From contig OZ249436.1 of the NCBI GenBank assembly GCA_965235115.1, forward strand, positions 20,834,001-20,898,000: a DNA stretch of 64,000 nucleotides. Reading direction: 5' to 3'. Positions 1 through 13,627 of the stretch are shown here, piece after piece. Under the pieces are notes generated by a model. That model was not told the origin of the DNA. It did not search any database and worked only from the letters and a program-made list of their open reading frames with translations. The position numbers were made by a program, and so were the translations under genes. Numbering within the stretch: position 1 is the stretch's first letter; each line of letters begins with the position of its first letter. This stretch comes from Laetmonice hystrix (Eukaryota).

Positions 1-146
1 CGATTTTAGTCTCGCGACTGGCAGGAGACTGTATCAGACATGTTTGATCGAGTCGCGAGCAGCCGGAGACTGTGGGGAGATTTTTTTTGCGGGACTAGAG
101 CGCGACTAGCTCGAGACTCGCAAGGTCTCCTAGTGGAACTGGGCCT
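1..146. mobile_element. Right end of a Harbinger/PIF-type non-autonomous element (left part lies outside the window)
   Basis: Ends ...TAGTGGAACTGGGCCT followed by TTA (147-149), a TWA-type target site. Internal repeated GAGAC/GCGAC motifs. Confidence 0.5.
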
Positions 147-588
147 TTACGCTCCCTATAATAAGACAAAGCAGGAATAATGTGTACACCCCCACAGCGG
201 TCTAAGAGGTCTCGAATGTCCTGAAAAAGTCGTCATGATATTATAAAAACAAACAAAACATGAAGATCTTTAAATGACTACAGGGTGGCCTGAGAAAGTT
301 AAATAAGAAACTCTAAACGATTTCCTTGGCGACATATTTGATGTTTGAGAAGGGGTAAGGAGTGTTTCACTTATGATGATAGTGATGATGATGATGTATA
401 GGATGATCGCGATGATGATATGATACAGATCGAAGCTCGCACACCGGCCTACTCCTTTGGTAAGTGGGTTAATTTTACGTGCACCGCATATTATAAACAC
501 GCTTTGGTAATCTAGTCCTGCGCAAAGAGAGGCGGTGCTGGCCGGGGGGGGGGGGGGTGAACCCACAACGACCTAGTTGAGTGCCGAA

Positions 589-1371
589 AGGTACGTTCAC
601 TACGGCGTGACGCGGTGCGGTGAGGTGCGGCAAAAACTAACCACGCGGTTCTTCAAAATTTGTACTGTTCACACATAGCGCGGCACGGCGCGGCGCGGCG
701 CGGTGCGATGGGTAGAAATTTCAGAAAATGACGTACTGAATGACACTAGTCGTACTCAGGTGTCCTTCAGACCTCAAGATAATGGACGTCTTGCTGCATG
801 ACAGCCACCTTGACGAAGAAGAGGAAGAAGAATATCTCTTGTGCATGATAGCTAGCTATCGTGGGTTGAAAAGACCCAGAAGATGGTGGGTACATTCCAC
901 TAACCAAAGACGGAAAATGTATGGGGCATTCAATTCACTTACAAGTGCCTGAGTTAAAGATGCATGTTGATCGCTACAGGCAATATCTACGCCTCGATGC
1001 TGAACAGTTTGCCGATGTACTGGATTATGCTGTTCCTGTTATAACCAAAAAAGATACATCATGAAGAAATGCCATCAGCGCAAAGGAGCGACTCAAAGTA
1101 AATGACGTCACAAGGGGGGGGGGGTATTCCTTCCGGAAGCCTCACGCGGCAAGCGAATCAACGCGGAAAAATACTGCAGGAGAGTTCGTGGGCGGTGAGA
1201 ATCGCTCGCCGCGTCATACCGCGTCCTGCCGCACCGCACCGCACCGCACCGCACCGCACCGCACCGCACCGCAAGTCTGAACACGTTCATTACTTAACAT
1301 TGGGGGCGTTTAGGGGCGGTTAAAACCGCGCCGCGCCGCGCCGCAAGTCTGAACAGGCCTTGAACAGGCCT
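589..1371 (+). mobile_element. Internally deleted PIF/Harbinger DNA transposon
   Basis: Left end AGGTACGTTCAC with (GCGCG/GGTGC)n subterminal repeats. Right end has (CCGCA)n/(CCGCG)n, then TCTGAACAGGCCT duplicated at 1351-1371 and followed by TAA. Contains a transposase relic. Confidence 0.7.
782..1100 (+). pseudogene. N-terminal fragment of a Harbinger (HARBI1-like, DDE_Tnp_4 family) transposase, frameshifted and with a stop
   Basis: Reads RPRRWWVHSTNQRRKMYGAFNSL, then after a frameshift VPELKMHVDRYRQYLRLDAEQFADVLDYAVPVITKKDTS*RNAISAKERLKV. This matches the RRWWVH...RYFRM..EQF..LL..V.P.I.KKDT..R.AIS..ERL pattern of Harbinger transposases. Confidence 0.8.
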
Positions 1372-3157
1372 TAAACCTTCTCGGCCCCGACCCTCCGGGA
1401 GGAAAGAAGGGAACACGGAAACGGTATTAAGTATAACTGAGTTTAACAGAATTCCCAAAAGAAAGAAAAACAAAAATAAAAACAAAACACAAAAAAAACG
1501 GAAAAAAGAAAACGAAGAAAATCCCCTGAAATGATTGAACGTAGGAAGTTCAAAGGAGGAAAGGTCACAAAGATTAAAAAAACAGGAGAGAAAGGAAAAG
1601 AAACACATTGAAAGGAAAGTTATCTAGAGGATAAAACAGAATATGCTCTGACAAACGTGACCGAGGTTGATAGAAATAGAATCGTCATTTGTTTGTTCGT
1701 TTTGCCAAATTCGAAGAAATGCTTACATTGCATGCATGAATGCATTGTACTAAAAAGACAATAGATTTTTATTAGCGAATATTTCCTATGTCCTTGACCT
1801 AGAGATGCTCGTTTCCCGTGACCTATATCTGTCAGGGACATGTCACATACGTGTCGTCCCTACACGGACCATGCTGGCAACATTACCGACCGACCTCTCG
1901 ACGGCGGAACCGACGACATGTACTTCCGGTAAACCACATTTCAGGGCCGCCTGATTCCATCTTAATGATGGAGAAAGTTATTAGTCGAGGGTGTGCGTGT
2001 TATTATCTGCAACTATTCTATTTACAGGGATGGCTATTATCACATTAGGGTGTTGCTTGTTTTAAAATAGGGATTCTTTTGTAGTTGGCCACGGCTCATC
2101 TTGACGGAACCTTGAAAGACGAGCATGGTTTAGGCCTAGGCTACTGTTACAGAAAGAAACATGTTGATGAAGGAGTTTCCCCCAATCTTTGGTGAAGATT
2201 CCTCTTTTTGGAGTTTTTAGCTCTCTGTTCCATCAGCCATAGTTGAACACATGTTTTGTTCTGTAATGCTGCTTGCAGACCACACAACACGTACTATAAC
2301 GCTGGTGTGTAGGTTCAAACATCCTCCATTTATGATATCTCATTAGAGCATTTCACTATAAAGGATCACGAGCTACACTAAAAGCACGACCCAACGTACT
2401 TGCATTATATTTTATATAGCAAATAAGCCGTACGTAACGGGCTTCAGCTTGATCCATACATATTGGAATATAAGTAAGTTGGAACTGAAAATAAAAATAA
2501 AACTTTTCCAATTCAATTCAGTTCAAGATGACTTAATGCATGTCTTTGTGGAATGTTTGTACCTCATTCGCTTAAGAATGAAGTACTGTTGTAAAGAAAT
2601 GAAAAAAACATCAACATAGGCCGGGAAAATAATAACAAGCACCTTTCAATAGGTAAATGATTTCCAATTTGTTGGTGAAGCTACCATTCTAACAAAAGTC
2701 TTGCCTCAATGATGAATGCCATATTGTATATTTCCAGTTTTACATCAATCTTTGTGCCACACTGCCGGTAACGGGACACCTCCGTGCCACAGGCTCCCCG
2801 GTCTGGGCGTCTCTACATCGACTTTCCACTCTTGTGTGTCGATTTGCTGTCATCCCTCTATGAAAAATATAAAAATATTAATATAAGCAATTCAAAGGAA
2901 ATAGGACTCTATAAATGGGGACCGATATAGCTGACGCTGGATGATACATGTAAGTGTACTCACCTACTCAGATATCGAAGTAGAAACTCACCACCGTATT
3001 GAATAAAATACCTATATCGTCAGCAGTACCCTCTAATCCAGTCCTTGAGACATGAGAATGGTTTGATAAAAATACACAGCAACTTCCGATTAGCCTCCAT
3101 ATTATAAAAGCGCAGGACTCTCACCAGTATCCTGGGATTGAACCTCCTTTGTGTATA

Positions 3158-4283
3158 TTAGTGGTAGGTCAACCTAACGACCACAGTGAGGCGGGTAATG
3201 GAAGGACTACAGGAGTTATTTGATGTTAGTGGTAGGTCAACCTAACGACCACAGTGAGGCGGGTAATGGAAGGACTACAGGAGTTATTTGATGTTAGTGG
3301 TAGGTCAACCTAACGACCACAGTGAGGCGGGTAATGGAAGGACTACAGGAGTTATTTGATGTTAGTGGTAGGTCAACCTAACGACCACAGTGAGGCGGGT
3401 AATGGAAGGACTACAGGCGTTATTTGATGTTAGTGGTAGGTCAACCTAACGACCACAGTGAGGCGGGTAATGGAAGGACTACAGGCGTTATTTGATGTTA
3501 GTGGTAGGTCAATGTAACGACCACAGTGAGGTGGGTAATGGAAGGACTACAGGAGTTATTTGATGTTAGTGGTAGGTCAACCTAACGACCACAGTGAGGC
3601 GGGCAATAGAAGGACTACAGGCGTTATTTGATGTTAGTGGTAGGTCAACGTAACGACCACAGTGAGGCGGGTAATGGAAGGACTACAGGCGTTATTTGAT
3701 GTTAGTGGTAGGTCAATGTAACGACCACAGTGAGGCGGGCAGTGGAAGGACTACAGGCGTTATTTGATGTTAGTGGTAGGTCAATGTAACGACCACAGTG
3801 AGGTGGGTAATGGAAGGACTACAGGGGCTGTTGGATGTTAGTGGTAGGTCAACCTAACGACTACAGTGAGGTGGGTAATGGAAGGACTACAGGGGCTGTT
3901 GGATGTTAGTGGTAGGTCAACCTAACGACCACAGTGAGGTGGGTAATGGAAGGACTACAGGAGCTGTTGGATGTTAGTGGTAGGTCAACCTAACGACTAC
4001 AGTGAGGTGGGTAATGGAAGGACTACAGGCGTTATTTGATGTTAGTGGTAGGTCAATGTAACGACCACAGTGAGGCGGGCAATGGAAGGACTAAAGGAGT
4101 TATTTGATGTTAGTGGTAGGTCAATGTAACGACCACAGTGAGGCGGGTAATGGAAGAACTACAGGAGTTATTTGATGTTAGTGGTAGGTCAATGTTACGA
4201 CCACAGTGAGGCGGGCAATGGAAGGACTAGAGAAGCTCCTGGATATTCGACTACAGTGTCAACCTAACGACCACAGTGAGGTG
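3158..4283. repeat. 68-bp minisatellite, about 16-17 copies
   Basis: Unit GTTAGTGGTAGGTCAACCTAACGACCACAGTGAGGCGGGTAATGGAAGGACTACAGGAGTTATTTGAT. CCACAG recurs at 3181, 3249, 3317 ... 4201. Confidence 0.95.
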
Positions 4284-5651
4284 AACGTAGGAACTACATG
4301 AGCTCTTTAACACGTACGTGTCTTACGTGGAAAGGAAAATCGGACTGTCTCAATATGGATATCACCGTCCCCCATACAAATGTTCGAAAGAGACTATTGT
4401 ACTGTCTCCTGGTATTGCGGCGTGCGATTCGAGTTTGATACAGCAGCAAACGGGTCAGAGCATTTCGGAAGCTGTGTAGTATGATTGATTCTTGTGATCT
4501 GTGACGAAAAGGCGGGCCGCATCATTAACGTCTGAAGATATTGTAAACTCATTACAATCTACCAGCACTATCCATCTTCTTTTAATGGACTTCTCGGTAC
4601 GGTGAACTGAATCAGCATGATGCCAGGCCTTATGAAATCGCTCCTTAAAAATCCCAGGCTTCCACCAGAAAGGTCCACTTTAACTCATTGTCGATATCGT
4701 CTTGACGCCCATTCTAAGATTTCTGCCACATTTCTTCATTCCAACTTGTACTGCTTGGCCTTTCTCATTCCTCCCCCACAGGAAACACAGACATTTGTTT
4801 CATTTATTTTTATTTTATTTATTTTTAAAAAGATAACAAAGCGGAGTAAGGTAAGAAATCTAATGGTGATTGACAGTGTATAGGCCTAATCCGTTCTCAC
4901 TCCTAAACCTTTTGGCTAATTTCCTCTTCTTTTGTTTCCCCATGGCTTAAACGCACCTCTGGTTGCTCGGTGCTGTTCGTGCCAGGAAAACGGGCTGCTC
5001 AGAGCACCGATTTTTATTAAATATTGAAGAGATTGACAGTCCCCTTGGTTCTTGGCCGTGGGAACGACCACATCAGTCACCTACTAATCGTCTTCACATT
5101 TAACAACTTGCATTAAGCATTCATCAACTGCTCATCCCATCTGTATAATCAGGTGCATTCTAATTAACCCAGCTGACGTTTTGTCCTATTTCTTTTCATC
5201 CAGGAAGCGACCTACAAGGAAAGCTGTTATTGTCAGCTGCTTCCTCAGGGTCTGACGCCTTCGAAATGATCAGAACTCTAGCCTTTGATTATTACAGGCC
5301 GAGAGTAAGTGGCATATTTCAGCCAATCTGAATTCATATCGGCTAAAGGTGAGGGCGCTAGGAGTTGAAATCTAAATAGACATGATTAATCTAGCGTGAA
5401 TTAGAGAAGACTCTACATTGCATTGGTAAAGCCTGTCCGAGAAAAGGTCATTGGAGGATGTTATTCAATCTCCTATCACTTATAATAAAGATTTGCTATG
5501 TAGAATCATACTTTTTTTAAACAGGTAGGTTTGCCACGTACCAAAAGGTGGCATCCAGCATTTTTTCTTTTGATAAGAAACGCCATTTTATTTCTTCTAC
5601 TTTGATCCATCTAGTCTTCATAAGCCTGAACTACTTTAGGATAAATGATTA

Positions 5652-5769
5652 TTACATGAGACCAAAATTAAAATTGTGTATGTGTCTGACTGAGTTGTAA
5701 TAACGACCTACCTGGTGTTACTTGAACAGGTGGTCATTTGGACACACTTTTAATTTTGGTCTCGTGTAA
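5652..5769. mobile_element. Small MITE-like inverted repeat
   Basis: TTACATGAGACCAAAATTAAAA ... TTTTAATTTTGGTCTCGTGTAA: imperfect arms of about 28 bp. Confidence 0.6.
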
Positions 5770-6957
5770 GGACTATTTGATATATAATCTTGAAAATTTC
5801 AACATATGTTAAGAATAGCCAGATGTTTACTCCTGTAACTTCTCTGCAGCTTTTGACAACTTGAAAATGTCAACAAATGTTAGGAATAGCAAACTGTCTA
5901 CTCCTGAAACTTCCCAGAAGCTTGTGACATAGCGGGTTTGAAATATTTAAGTTCTTTTTATGCCCACCCTATAAATAAAAAGCAAAATTTTGTAAATCAC
6001 ACCATGATCGGTATACTAACTTCCCATATTTTCTTGTAAAGAAGATTTACCGATAAGGTACTCTAAACGCTCTGCTGAGAGACGGTGCCGATTACATAGG
6101 CTACTTGTCCTATAGATTGCTTCTTTTATTCTGAAACGGTTGCTTGACTTTGGCGACATCGATCTGATCTCTACCATAATGTATAATCGGTTAGTAGGAT
6201 ATCTGACTCAGTGCAACTGATGCTGCTACATTTTCGAGTAAACTGCTACATTAACAGTTCATTTTTTTATATCTTCAGTAATATTTAAAAGAGTATAAGG
6301 TGTAAAAATTAAACGGCACCTTTGAATGGCCGGATCTTCTTAACTACAAGTTCAAGGCGCGATTCCTTACAGTCAGACATTTGATTGTCACTAATTTCCT
6401 GCATTTCCCTCTTGATTCAATTATTAAAATATTACTCTTGTTAAAGTTATGTGTGAAAAAAGTGCAAAGTGTTTAGGAGACGGATGTTGATAGATATTAC
6501 TGGAAGCTCCTGCATGAACGAATTAACAACTTGTATTTAAGCAGGACATCCGATAAGACTACATGTATTTGTATAGTCCATGAAAAAGTGAAATTTAAGC
6601 ACTACTATTTATGTTTGTCCCATAACATCTCGCCACCTGCCGCTAGGCGAACTTGTAATGAGATCGCAGCTCATTATTTCTGTGTACAGATTCAGAGGCC
6701 AGGATGCTGGCAATATTCTCACCCTAGCTACTCTTCTTCTATTCTCGTATGTTCCTGGAAGCGGTCCTGACAAGATGTGGCTGCCACTGGCAATGGTCTG
6801 GGTGCCATTTTCTATATCGGAACCAGGAAAGCTGGAGAAACACTTAACGTAATGACAGTTCCAGAGCTTGTACGTTACAAATTACCTGAAATCTATGTGC
6901 AGTATTTCTTAGATCTACATATTCATTATTACTCCACCTAGATTACATTTTATTATA

Positions 6958-7213
6958 CAGGGTGTTGAAAAAATAATCAAAGTATTCTCTCCATCAAAAC
7001 TTTTTTAATACTGAGAACCAAATCCACTGGTCCAGTTATATCAAGAACATGAGGGTCGGGCCACTAATGATTAAACGGCAAATTATTTTAAGACAACATA
7101 TCTGACGCGCCATTGTGTTCAATTGTGTGTGCCAGTAATATGCAAAGTGCAGTCAGGAAAAACACCCCCAAATGTCCACTTCATTTCCGGTGTTCTATTT
7201 TAAAACCACCCTG
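6958..7213. mobile_element. Tc1/mariner-type MITE
   Basis: TA-CAGGGTG ... CACCCTG-TA termini with TA target duplication. Confidence 0.7.
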
Positions 7214-7437
7214 TATGCATATATACTTACATATATACCTCTAGTTGGTAGTGATCCTGTATGAAAATAAAGACCCAGTCCATCTAATTCATCTTCGGAA
7301 GTCAACATTGAAGGCGACTTTTTTCATCTTTAATTTAATTTTAGTTTTATTGAATTCTAGCCGAGCTGAGCAATTCCCAGACGTTTTATGACTGCTCCCT
7401 GAAGTCAGTTCAGACCAAACAAGTGAGATCGTTTATA

Positions 7438-7738
7438 CAGGGTGGCCCACAAAAATCTACCCATTTTCCTTTGTTGATATTTTCAAGGAAAATAAATATT
7501 TTCTTTTCCTTTTCAGGTAAGCTGTTAACAAGACCAGTCGAATTTGTGTGATACCAAAATGAACGCAGTACATCAATTTTCAGTGTACAAAAGGACAACG
7601 ATTCTTGAAAGCTACTTTTCAACCAATTCATTGGTCGGAGAGAATTTCCCGGGAGAAAGGTTCCATGCAGAAAAACGATAACGAACATTACATAGAGAAA
7701 TTTAATGTACAGGGTGGCCCATCCTGTGGACCACCCTG
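7438..7738. mobile_element. Tc1/mariner-type MITE with a second left end near its right terminus
   Basis: TA-CAGGGTGGCCCACA ... TGTGGACCACCCTG-TA, with an extra TA-CAGGGTGGCCCA at 7708-7721. Confidence 0.7.
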
Positions 7739-7964
7739 TATATTATGCCGCATCGAGCACATATATATGTATGCGAAATATTGCCGTAGCTTTGTGCAGT
7801 ATAGGTGACTTCTTCCATGGTAAAAGTAAACATTTTCCACGACGACGAAGTTTGGCTTCTTTTCAGACAGCGTACAACCTTTGTACTGATGGCTGACACG
7901 AGGAGACTTCTTACATCACATATCTTAATCCTCTGTCATCTCGTATTTTTAATTCTTTTTTTAG

Positions 7965-8300
7965 CCCTTAACCGGGGGCTTCTAATTCATCCTCCGTTCG
8001 TCCGTAGGCCTACGTCCGACCGGCCGCCCCCCCCCCTGGTCAGCGATATCTCAGAAACGCGTGGTCCAATCCTTTTCATATTTTTACACAAGATCAAGTA
8101 CCTTTTTTCGATATCTTCCAATATGGCCGCTTGGCAGCCATATGGGGAAAATTACATTTCAGGACATACATGTATCTCAGTACTTATTCCACCGTTCTCT
8201 TTCAAATTAGACTCAAAGAAAGGGGTCATGCAAGGCAATGCATCGGTGTGTTTATTTTCAGTTTGAACAGAATTTGACCTAATGGCGGCCATATTTGTTC
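7965..8300 (+). mobile_element. Helentron-associated (HINE/DINE-1-like) non-autonomous element fragment
   Basis: Starts in a T-run, has a (GTCC)-like microsatellite, then GATATCTCAGAAAC...CCAAT..TTTTCATATTT and AATATGGCCGC/ATGGCGGCCATATT motifs typical of these elements. Confidence 0.55.
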
Positions 8301-8322
8301 CGTTGACCCCCGAATAAAGCTA

Positions 8323-8572
8323 TAGGGCTTGCAAGTCTCGTGTCCTTGACATGTAAATAAGCAGAAATAGCCTCGAAACGCGTCACTTTGGTCCCTAAAC
8401 GATTGTTACCACACAATTTCTCCATTGGGTTAACACAGGATGAGAAAACACACTTTCAAACATCGACCAGATTTTTGTCAGTTTTGACATCTTAGACATG
8501 AAAATATATCTTTCATAATGTAAAACAGGTTGGTGCTCTTGTTTTGTAAGTTACAAGAATTAAAGCGCCCTA
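8323..8572. mobile_element. Short copy of the TAGGG...CCCTA-terminated element also found at 46651-47698
   Basis: GCTATAGGGCTTGCAAGTCTCGTG here versus GCTATAGGGCGCCGAAGTCTCGTG at 46647. Shares CCATTGG.TTAACA.AGGATGA and TAAAACAGGTTG. Ends GCGCCCTA. Confidence 0.6.
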
Positions 8573-8574
8573 AC

Positions 8575-8952
8575 CATGAAATAATAATATTTAGAAGTTG
8601 AAAGTTGCAGGTGTGCCATGAAATATTGCAGTCATGAAATATTGCAGTAATGCGTCAAAATGCGGCAATAGTTCATGACTGGAGTTTTTCATAGCCATTG
8701 GCTATGGAATATTGCAGTCGTGAAATATTGCCCCATTGCGCTTTCGTACTGAAATATTTCATGTCTTCAATATTTCATAGGCGGCATTATTCCATAGCTA
8801 TAGGCTATGAAATATTGCAGTCTGTGGAATATTGCAGCATTCCATGACTGCAATATTTCATAGGCGGCATTATTCCATGACTATAGGCTATGAAATATTG
8901 CAGTCCGTGGAATATTGCAGTAGGCCTACTAGGTTATTTCATGACTGCAATA
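8575..8952. repeat. Degenerate direct and inverted ATGAAATATTGCAGT motif array (MITE subterminal-type repeats)
   Basis: Many copies of ATG(A/G)AATATTGCAG and its reverse complement. Confidence 0.75.
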
Positions 8953-9027
8953 TACTGCGTATACGCTGGACACGGCGGTTGTAGGAGCCGTGTGTCTCGC
9001 CCTGTATGAATGGGAAACGAAGGATGA

Positions 9028-9330
9028 AATATTGAAAATATCATTGATCAGTATACAAATATTGAAAATGTCATGGATCGGTAATCAGTATACAAAATAT
9101 TGAAAATACCATGGATCAGTAATCAGTATACAAATATTGAAAATACCATGGATCAGTAATCAGTAGGTATACAAATATTGAAAATACCATGGATCAGTAA
9201 TCAGTATACAAATATTGAAAATACCATGGATCAGTAATCAGTATACAAATATTGAAAATACCATGGATCAGTAATCAGTATACAAATATGAGAATACCAT
9301 TGATCAGTATACCAATACTGAAAATACCAT
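9028..9330. repeat. 37-bp tandem repeat, about 8 copies
   Basis: Unit AAATATTGAAAATACCATGGATCAGTAATCAGTATAC, with period 37 (9181 to 9218). Confidence 0.9.
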
Positions 9331-9823
9331 TGGTTATGATGGGGACTATCACTTCTACGAAGTCTTGTTTTATTAAGACTGGCTAAGGGTCATCGACACC
9401 GACGAATGATCCCGTTTCAATTTGCCATTCAAATTTTGACGTCAATTTTCAATAATTTGTGCATAGATTATCTTCCGGATTATGTTTATGTTTACTATAA
9501 AGTTACATTTCGAACACCACGGCATCCAGATTAAAACTGACAGAACTATAGGCGCCCCGTGGCTATTATTTCTACCTGCAGCACCTCCATCAATGTGCCA
9601 GGTGCAGTCGAAAAGATCGCACAGACCTTGGAGCAAATTACATTTCCCAGATTCTGTATGCATGAACAATGTCCCAACGGGACTCTATCACTTCATATCT
9701 TACATATAGTCTCACTGAGATGGATACATTACAGGTAAACTCAATACACAAGGTAGGGCGTTGGCATTACTGTTCACCATCTGCTATCCTCGTGAACCTT
9801 TCGAACAACTGTATTAAACGACT

Positions 9824-10150
9824 TGGGCCTTTCACACCGCAGCCGATGCCGATGCCGATGCCGAAGGCGACACCGATGCCCACACCGGCCCAGCTGGCGG
9901 CCCCCGCGTCGGTGAGGGATTGCTCCCATCCAAATGCACGGGAACCTCCCGGTCTCCAAGAAAATCGGTGGCCGACGTTTGAAAATAGAACATGTTCTAT
10001 TTGCCTCGCCGACGTCGGTGTCAGCCACCGACGTCGTCGACGGTATCGGCCTTGGTGTGAATGTTCCCACTGGAAATAATGGGTTGTAAAAAAAACATCG
10101 GTGTCGCCGTCGGTATCGATGCCGATATCGGCCTTGGTGTGAATGGGCCA
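9824..10150. mobile_element. Harbinger-type MITE
   Basis: Imperfect TIRs TGGGCCTTTCACACC ... GGTGTGAATGGGCCA followed by TTA. (GCCGAT)n subterminal repeats in inverted orientation. Confidence 0.7.
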
Positions 10151-10287
10151 TTACTATGTCATGGAGCTGTTGGCTCCAATAAGATACGAAATTGAAAATG
10201 GAAATCGAAATCGTTGCAGTTAATTTTCGGGTTATCATAGGTTGTATGATATGCATATTCACAACTCCCTCAAAGGTATAAAAATCC

Positions 10288-10390
10288 AGGAGGAGGGGGA
10301 GGAGGAGGAGGAGGAGGAGGAGGAGGAGGAGGAGATGGAAGTGGAGGAGGAGGTGGGGAAAAGGGAGAAAGGGAAGGAGAGGGAGAAGAG
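10288..10390. repeat. (GGA)n microsatellite and purine tract
   Basis: Seen directly in the sequence. Confidence 0.9.
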
Positions 10391-11209
10391 AAATATGGGA
10401 AGCTTATGATAAAAATGGCTTCCATTCGCTTTTGCTGTTTAGTTTAGGCCTATAATTGCAGTGGATGCTGCAATTCGGAAGAGCTGGTTACAATGGCCCA
10501 CGGTGGATACTGGTGTTAGATATAGAGCTCGCCGGTCTCGAAACCACGCATATCGCCTTCGACATGCGCGCATGATTTATTTAATATTAGTAGGTGGGCT
10601 CTTGTTACTGCAAAAAAAAGATTCATTAGGTGCGGTGTCACATCTGGCAAGTTCGTCCACTGTAAGCGTTCTCCGCCTGTGCCAGCGCACGCTGTACGTA
10701 GATTTGATCAGAGAGTGTAGTTTGATGCCGACCATACCGCCGTCATGGCCAATTGACACAGTCTGGACGAAAGCTTCTTACAGGGCGATCACTGAATACC
10801 CGTTCTTCCGTAACCGTTAACTCAATAAACTCCACACTAACATAGGATGACTATACGACCGTACAACTAGCCATAACCTGGGCGAATCTCCACCACGGCA
10901 GGATTAGGCGCTGTGTGATGTCGGCACACTCACTGGTTCGCGCCGTCAAGACCGGAATTCTCGACGCCACCGGTCAGCACTTGAAGTAGGCCTATCTTTC
11001 AGGTGGAATCGACCGGAATCCTCAAACTAAATACTTCCTCACCATTGACGTTCTTTATGGCACGGAATGCTTATCATATTTATTCTGTTAATATATTCTA
11101 TCAGTAAATAACCGTAACGTTCTCCATGACCTTGAGGTCAACTTCATGAATATTAATAGCAGGTTGGAGCTCGGGGTTGAACCGCTTCCAGTGATTTCCC
11201 TCATGACTC

Positions 11210-11709
11210 CATTCGGCCCACCTCGGGACTGTCCGGGCCAGATCCTCTCGGCCCTCGCACATTCGGAAAACCTCGGCCCAACTTCCGGTCGCTTCGCTAG
11301 TTGTGGTCTCGGACGTCGCAAGCCGTAGAGATATGACAGTGATTCCACGGGTTTGGGCACATCACAAGTCGCGTAGTGTGCAACGGCGCAAAGTAGTTCA
11401 TAGACCGTCGGTATTCGGCCTAACGGGGGATTGTTCATCAAACAATGCCAATAGGAATGTCAACATCTAAAAAAGTATCTATAGAGACCTAAATAGATTT
11501 TCTCTGACGTCTAATCCACTTGTCAGAGGTATCAAGTGGAGATCTGTTTTTAAACAAGCCACACACTGCTTGTCTTTCACCTTTGTCGGTGTGTCGGCCG
11601 TCGCCGTTTTGACCACATTGTGTCACGTGATAAAAGAAGATCCAACATGGTGACGACTGTGCGAGGGCCGAGAGGATCTGGCCTGGACAGTCCCGAGGTG
11701 GGCCGAATG
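11210..11709. mobile_element. MITE with 52-bp near-perfect TIRs (superfamily unassigned)
   Basis: CATTCGGCCCACCTCGGGACTGTCCGGGCCAGATCCTCTCGGCCCTCGCACA (11210-11261) matches its reverse complement at 11658-11709 with one mismatch. No clear TSD. Confidence 0.8.
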
Positions 11710-13627
11710 CAGGGCACGCGAATATCTTAAATCGTACAATAGGATCTTATAATACCGGGTCACATCAGAGGGCACTATTCGAAAAGGCGTCGTACAGCAC
11801 TTGGGAATCGTGCGTGTTCGATTTTAGTGCATGCAGCGTATACCTTGGGGTGCCTGTGTTTAAAAGTTCAGCATTTACACAGTTCTTGATATTTTTTAAC
11901 TAAATTTTCAGATCTAAGGGCCGATATATAGGGGGCCTAGGTGTATAGACTCTGAAAATTTCAAAGAAATCAGTTCAAGGGGAGGGGCAGGGAGGCACCT
12001 TTCAATTCATGTCGGGAATTAAGACACTGGCGGGCGTGACTCGCCGTGCCCGTATAGCGTATAGCGAATACCGAATAGCGAATACCGTATACTGTATACT
12101 CCTATGTGAACTCAGCCTAATGGGCATGTTTCTGGTAAAAGTGGAATCACGGCGGTACTTGAATAGCGGCCCTCTGGCCGGGAATCTGCGTGGTTCGTTC
12201 CGCGCGGCCACATAACAATTCGTGGACAAGTAGGGCAGACAAGCAGACGAAGCCAGTGGGAGAATGTCTAGCTACATTTCAGTTGATTATTCCTTTATTA
12301 AAGATCAGACTATCATAGGATTGTAGGTAGGAACAGGCTTGTTCATGCTGAACACCCTTATATTGGTAGTTTGAACTTTTCTACTCCCTTTAAGATCGCG
12401 CGAAAAAGAAAATCAACAACAAAACAACTCATGACGTACCGGTATAGGCCTATTGGAAAATGGCATGCATAATTACGATGTCTACTAAATACTAAGGCAA
12501 TTCAGGAGACATTTAAATCTGGGTGTCGTAGTTTGATAGGCCCTATAGGCCTATATCTGTGATCCCAGGGAGGTTGGTCTTTTCAATAATTATTTCGAGT
12601 AGATGCTCTTAGTCTTTGATTGTTAATTCCGCGACTAGAGTGGCTGGCTTTCAGCTACTCAACATCCGTACACCATCAGACCGTTGTGCGGGGAAAACAA
12701 TCGGAGCAGACGACCAACCAGTATGTTGTCGTTATCGCCTCATTGATTCAACAAATCACGTCCTTCTTCAGTCGGCTGTGATGTCGTAAAATGACGACTT
12801 CCGGAGGGTGTGAGGTTTCAATCAAAACTATGATCAGATGGATGGTGTTGGAAACAAAGCATTACCGCCCAACTCCAAACAGAATTATATCACGCCATGC
12901 GGGCGGGGTTTGCAAATACCACATTGACAAATGAGGCACAACGTGCAAACACTTTTGTTTCTCATTACACCTAGGCATATACCAACCTGTTATTTCATTC
13001 GGGATTCCCTCGGCCATATCTTCGAAAGTAGCCTCGGGTGAAATAGGCGCCATTTTGAGCATTGCATCGCGGATACATTTAGCCAGGACTCTCGACAGCA
13101 TGGTAGTGCTTGCAGTATTTTGTCTGCATCAAGCATGGAAGCAACTAAAATAGGCCTACAGTGCTTTCCCCGAAGTCAGTGGGCAATATTACGATAGTAT
13201 CATGTTCACGATACAACTTAAATTACAAGTAGTCCTACCATGTGTCGTGCAGTTGTCGTTCATGGGCGCGCCCATATTGCTTCCCATAATTTGATAAATT
13301 ACCATATTGACTCCCATTTAGGTAAATTAGGTGATTCATTTTTCTTCTTCAAACGTTCCCCTTCATACCAGAAATTTATATTTGCGCATACAACGCCGAA
13401 GGAGCAGGTGTCAATAATGCACTACTTCCTGGCTCGATGGGATATGACGGTTCACTCAGTGCCTCGCTTCACACCTCCATTTGGCCATGTATCCGGTTGC
13501 CAAACATGGCCACTAATCCACCTGAGGGTATATTCGAATAGCAGGAAGTGACGTCATATGCCCGAGGGAATCCCGAATGCCTGTTATTTTTGCCTGAACA
13601 TCTTTCTAATAAATATGAAGGTATTTC

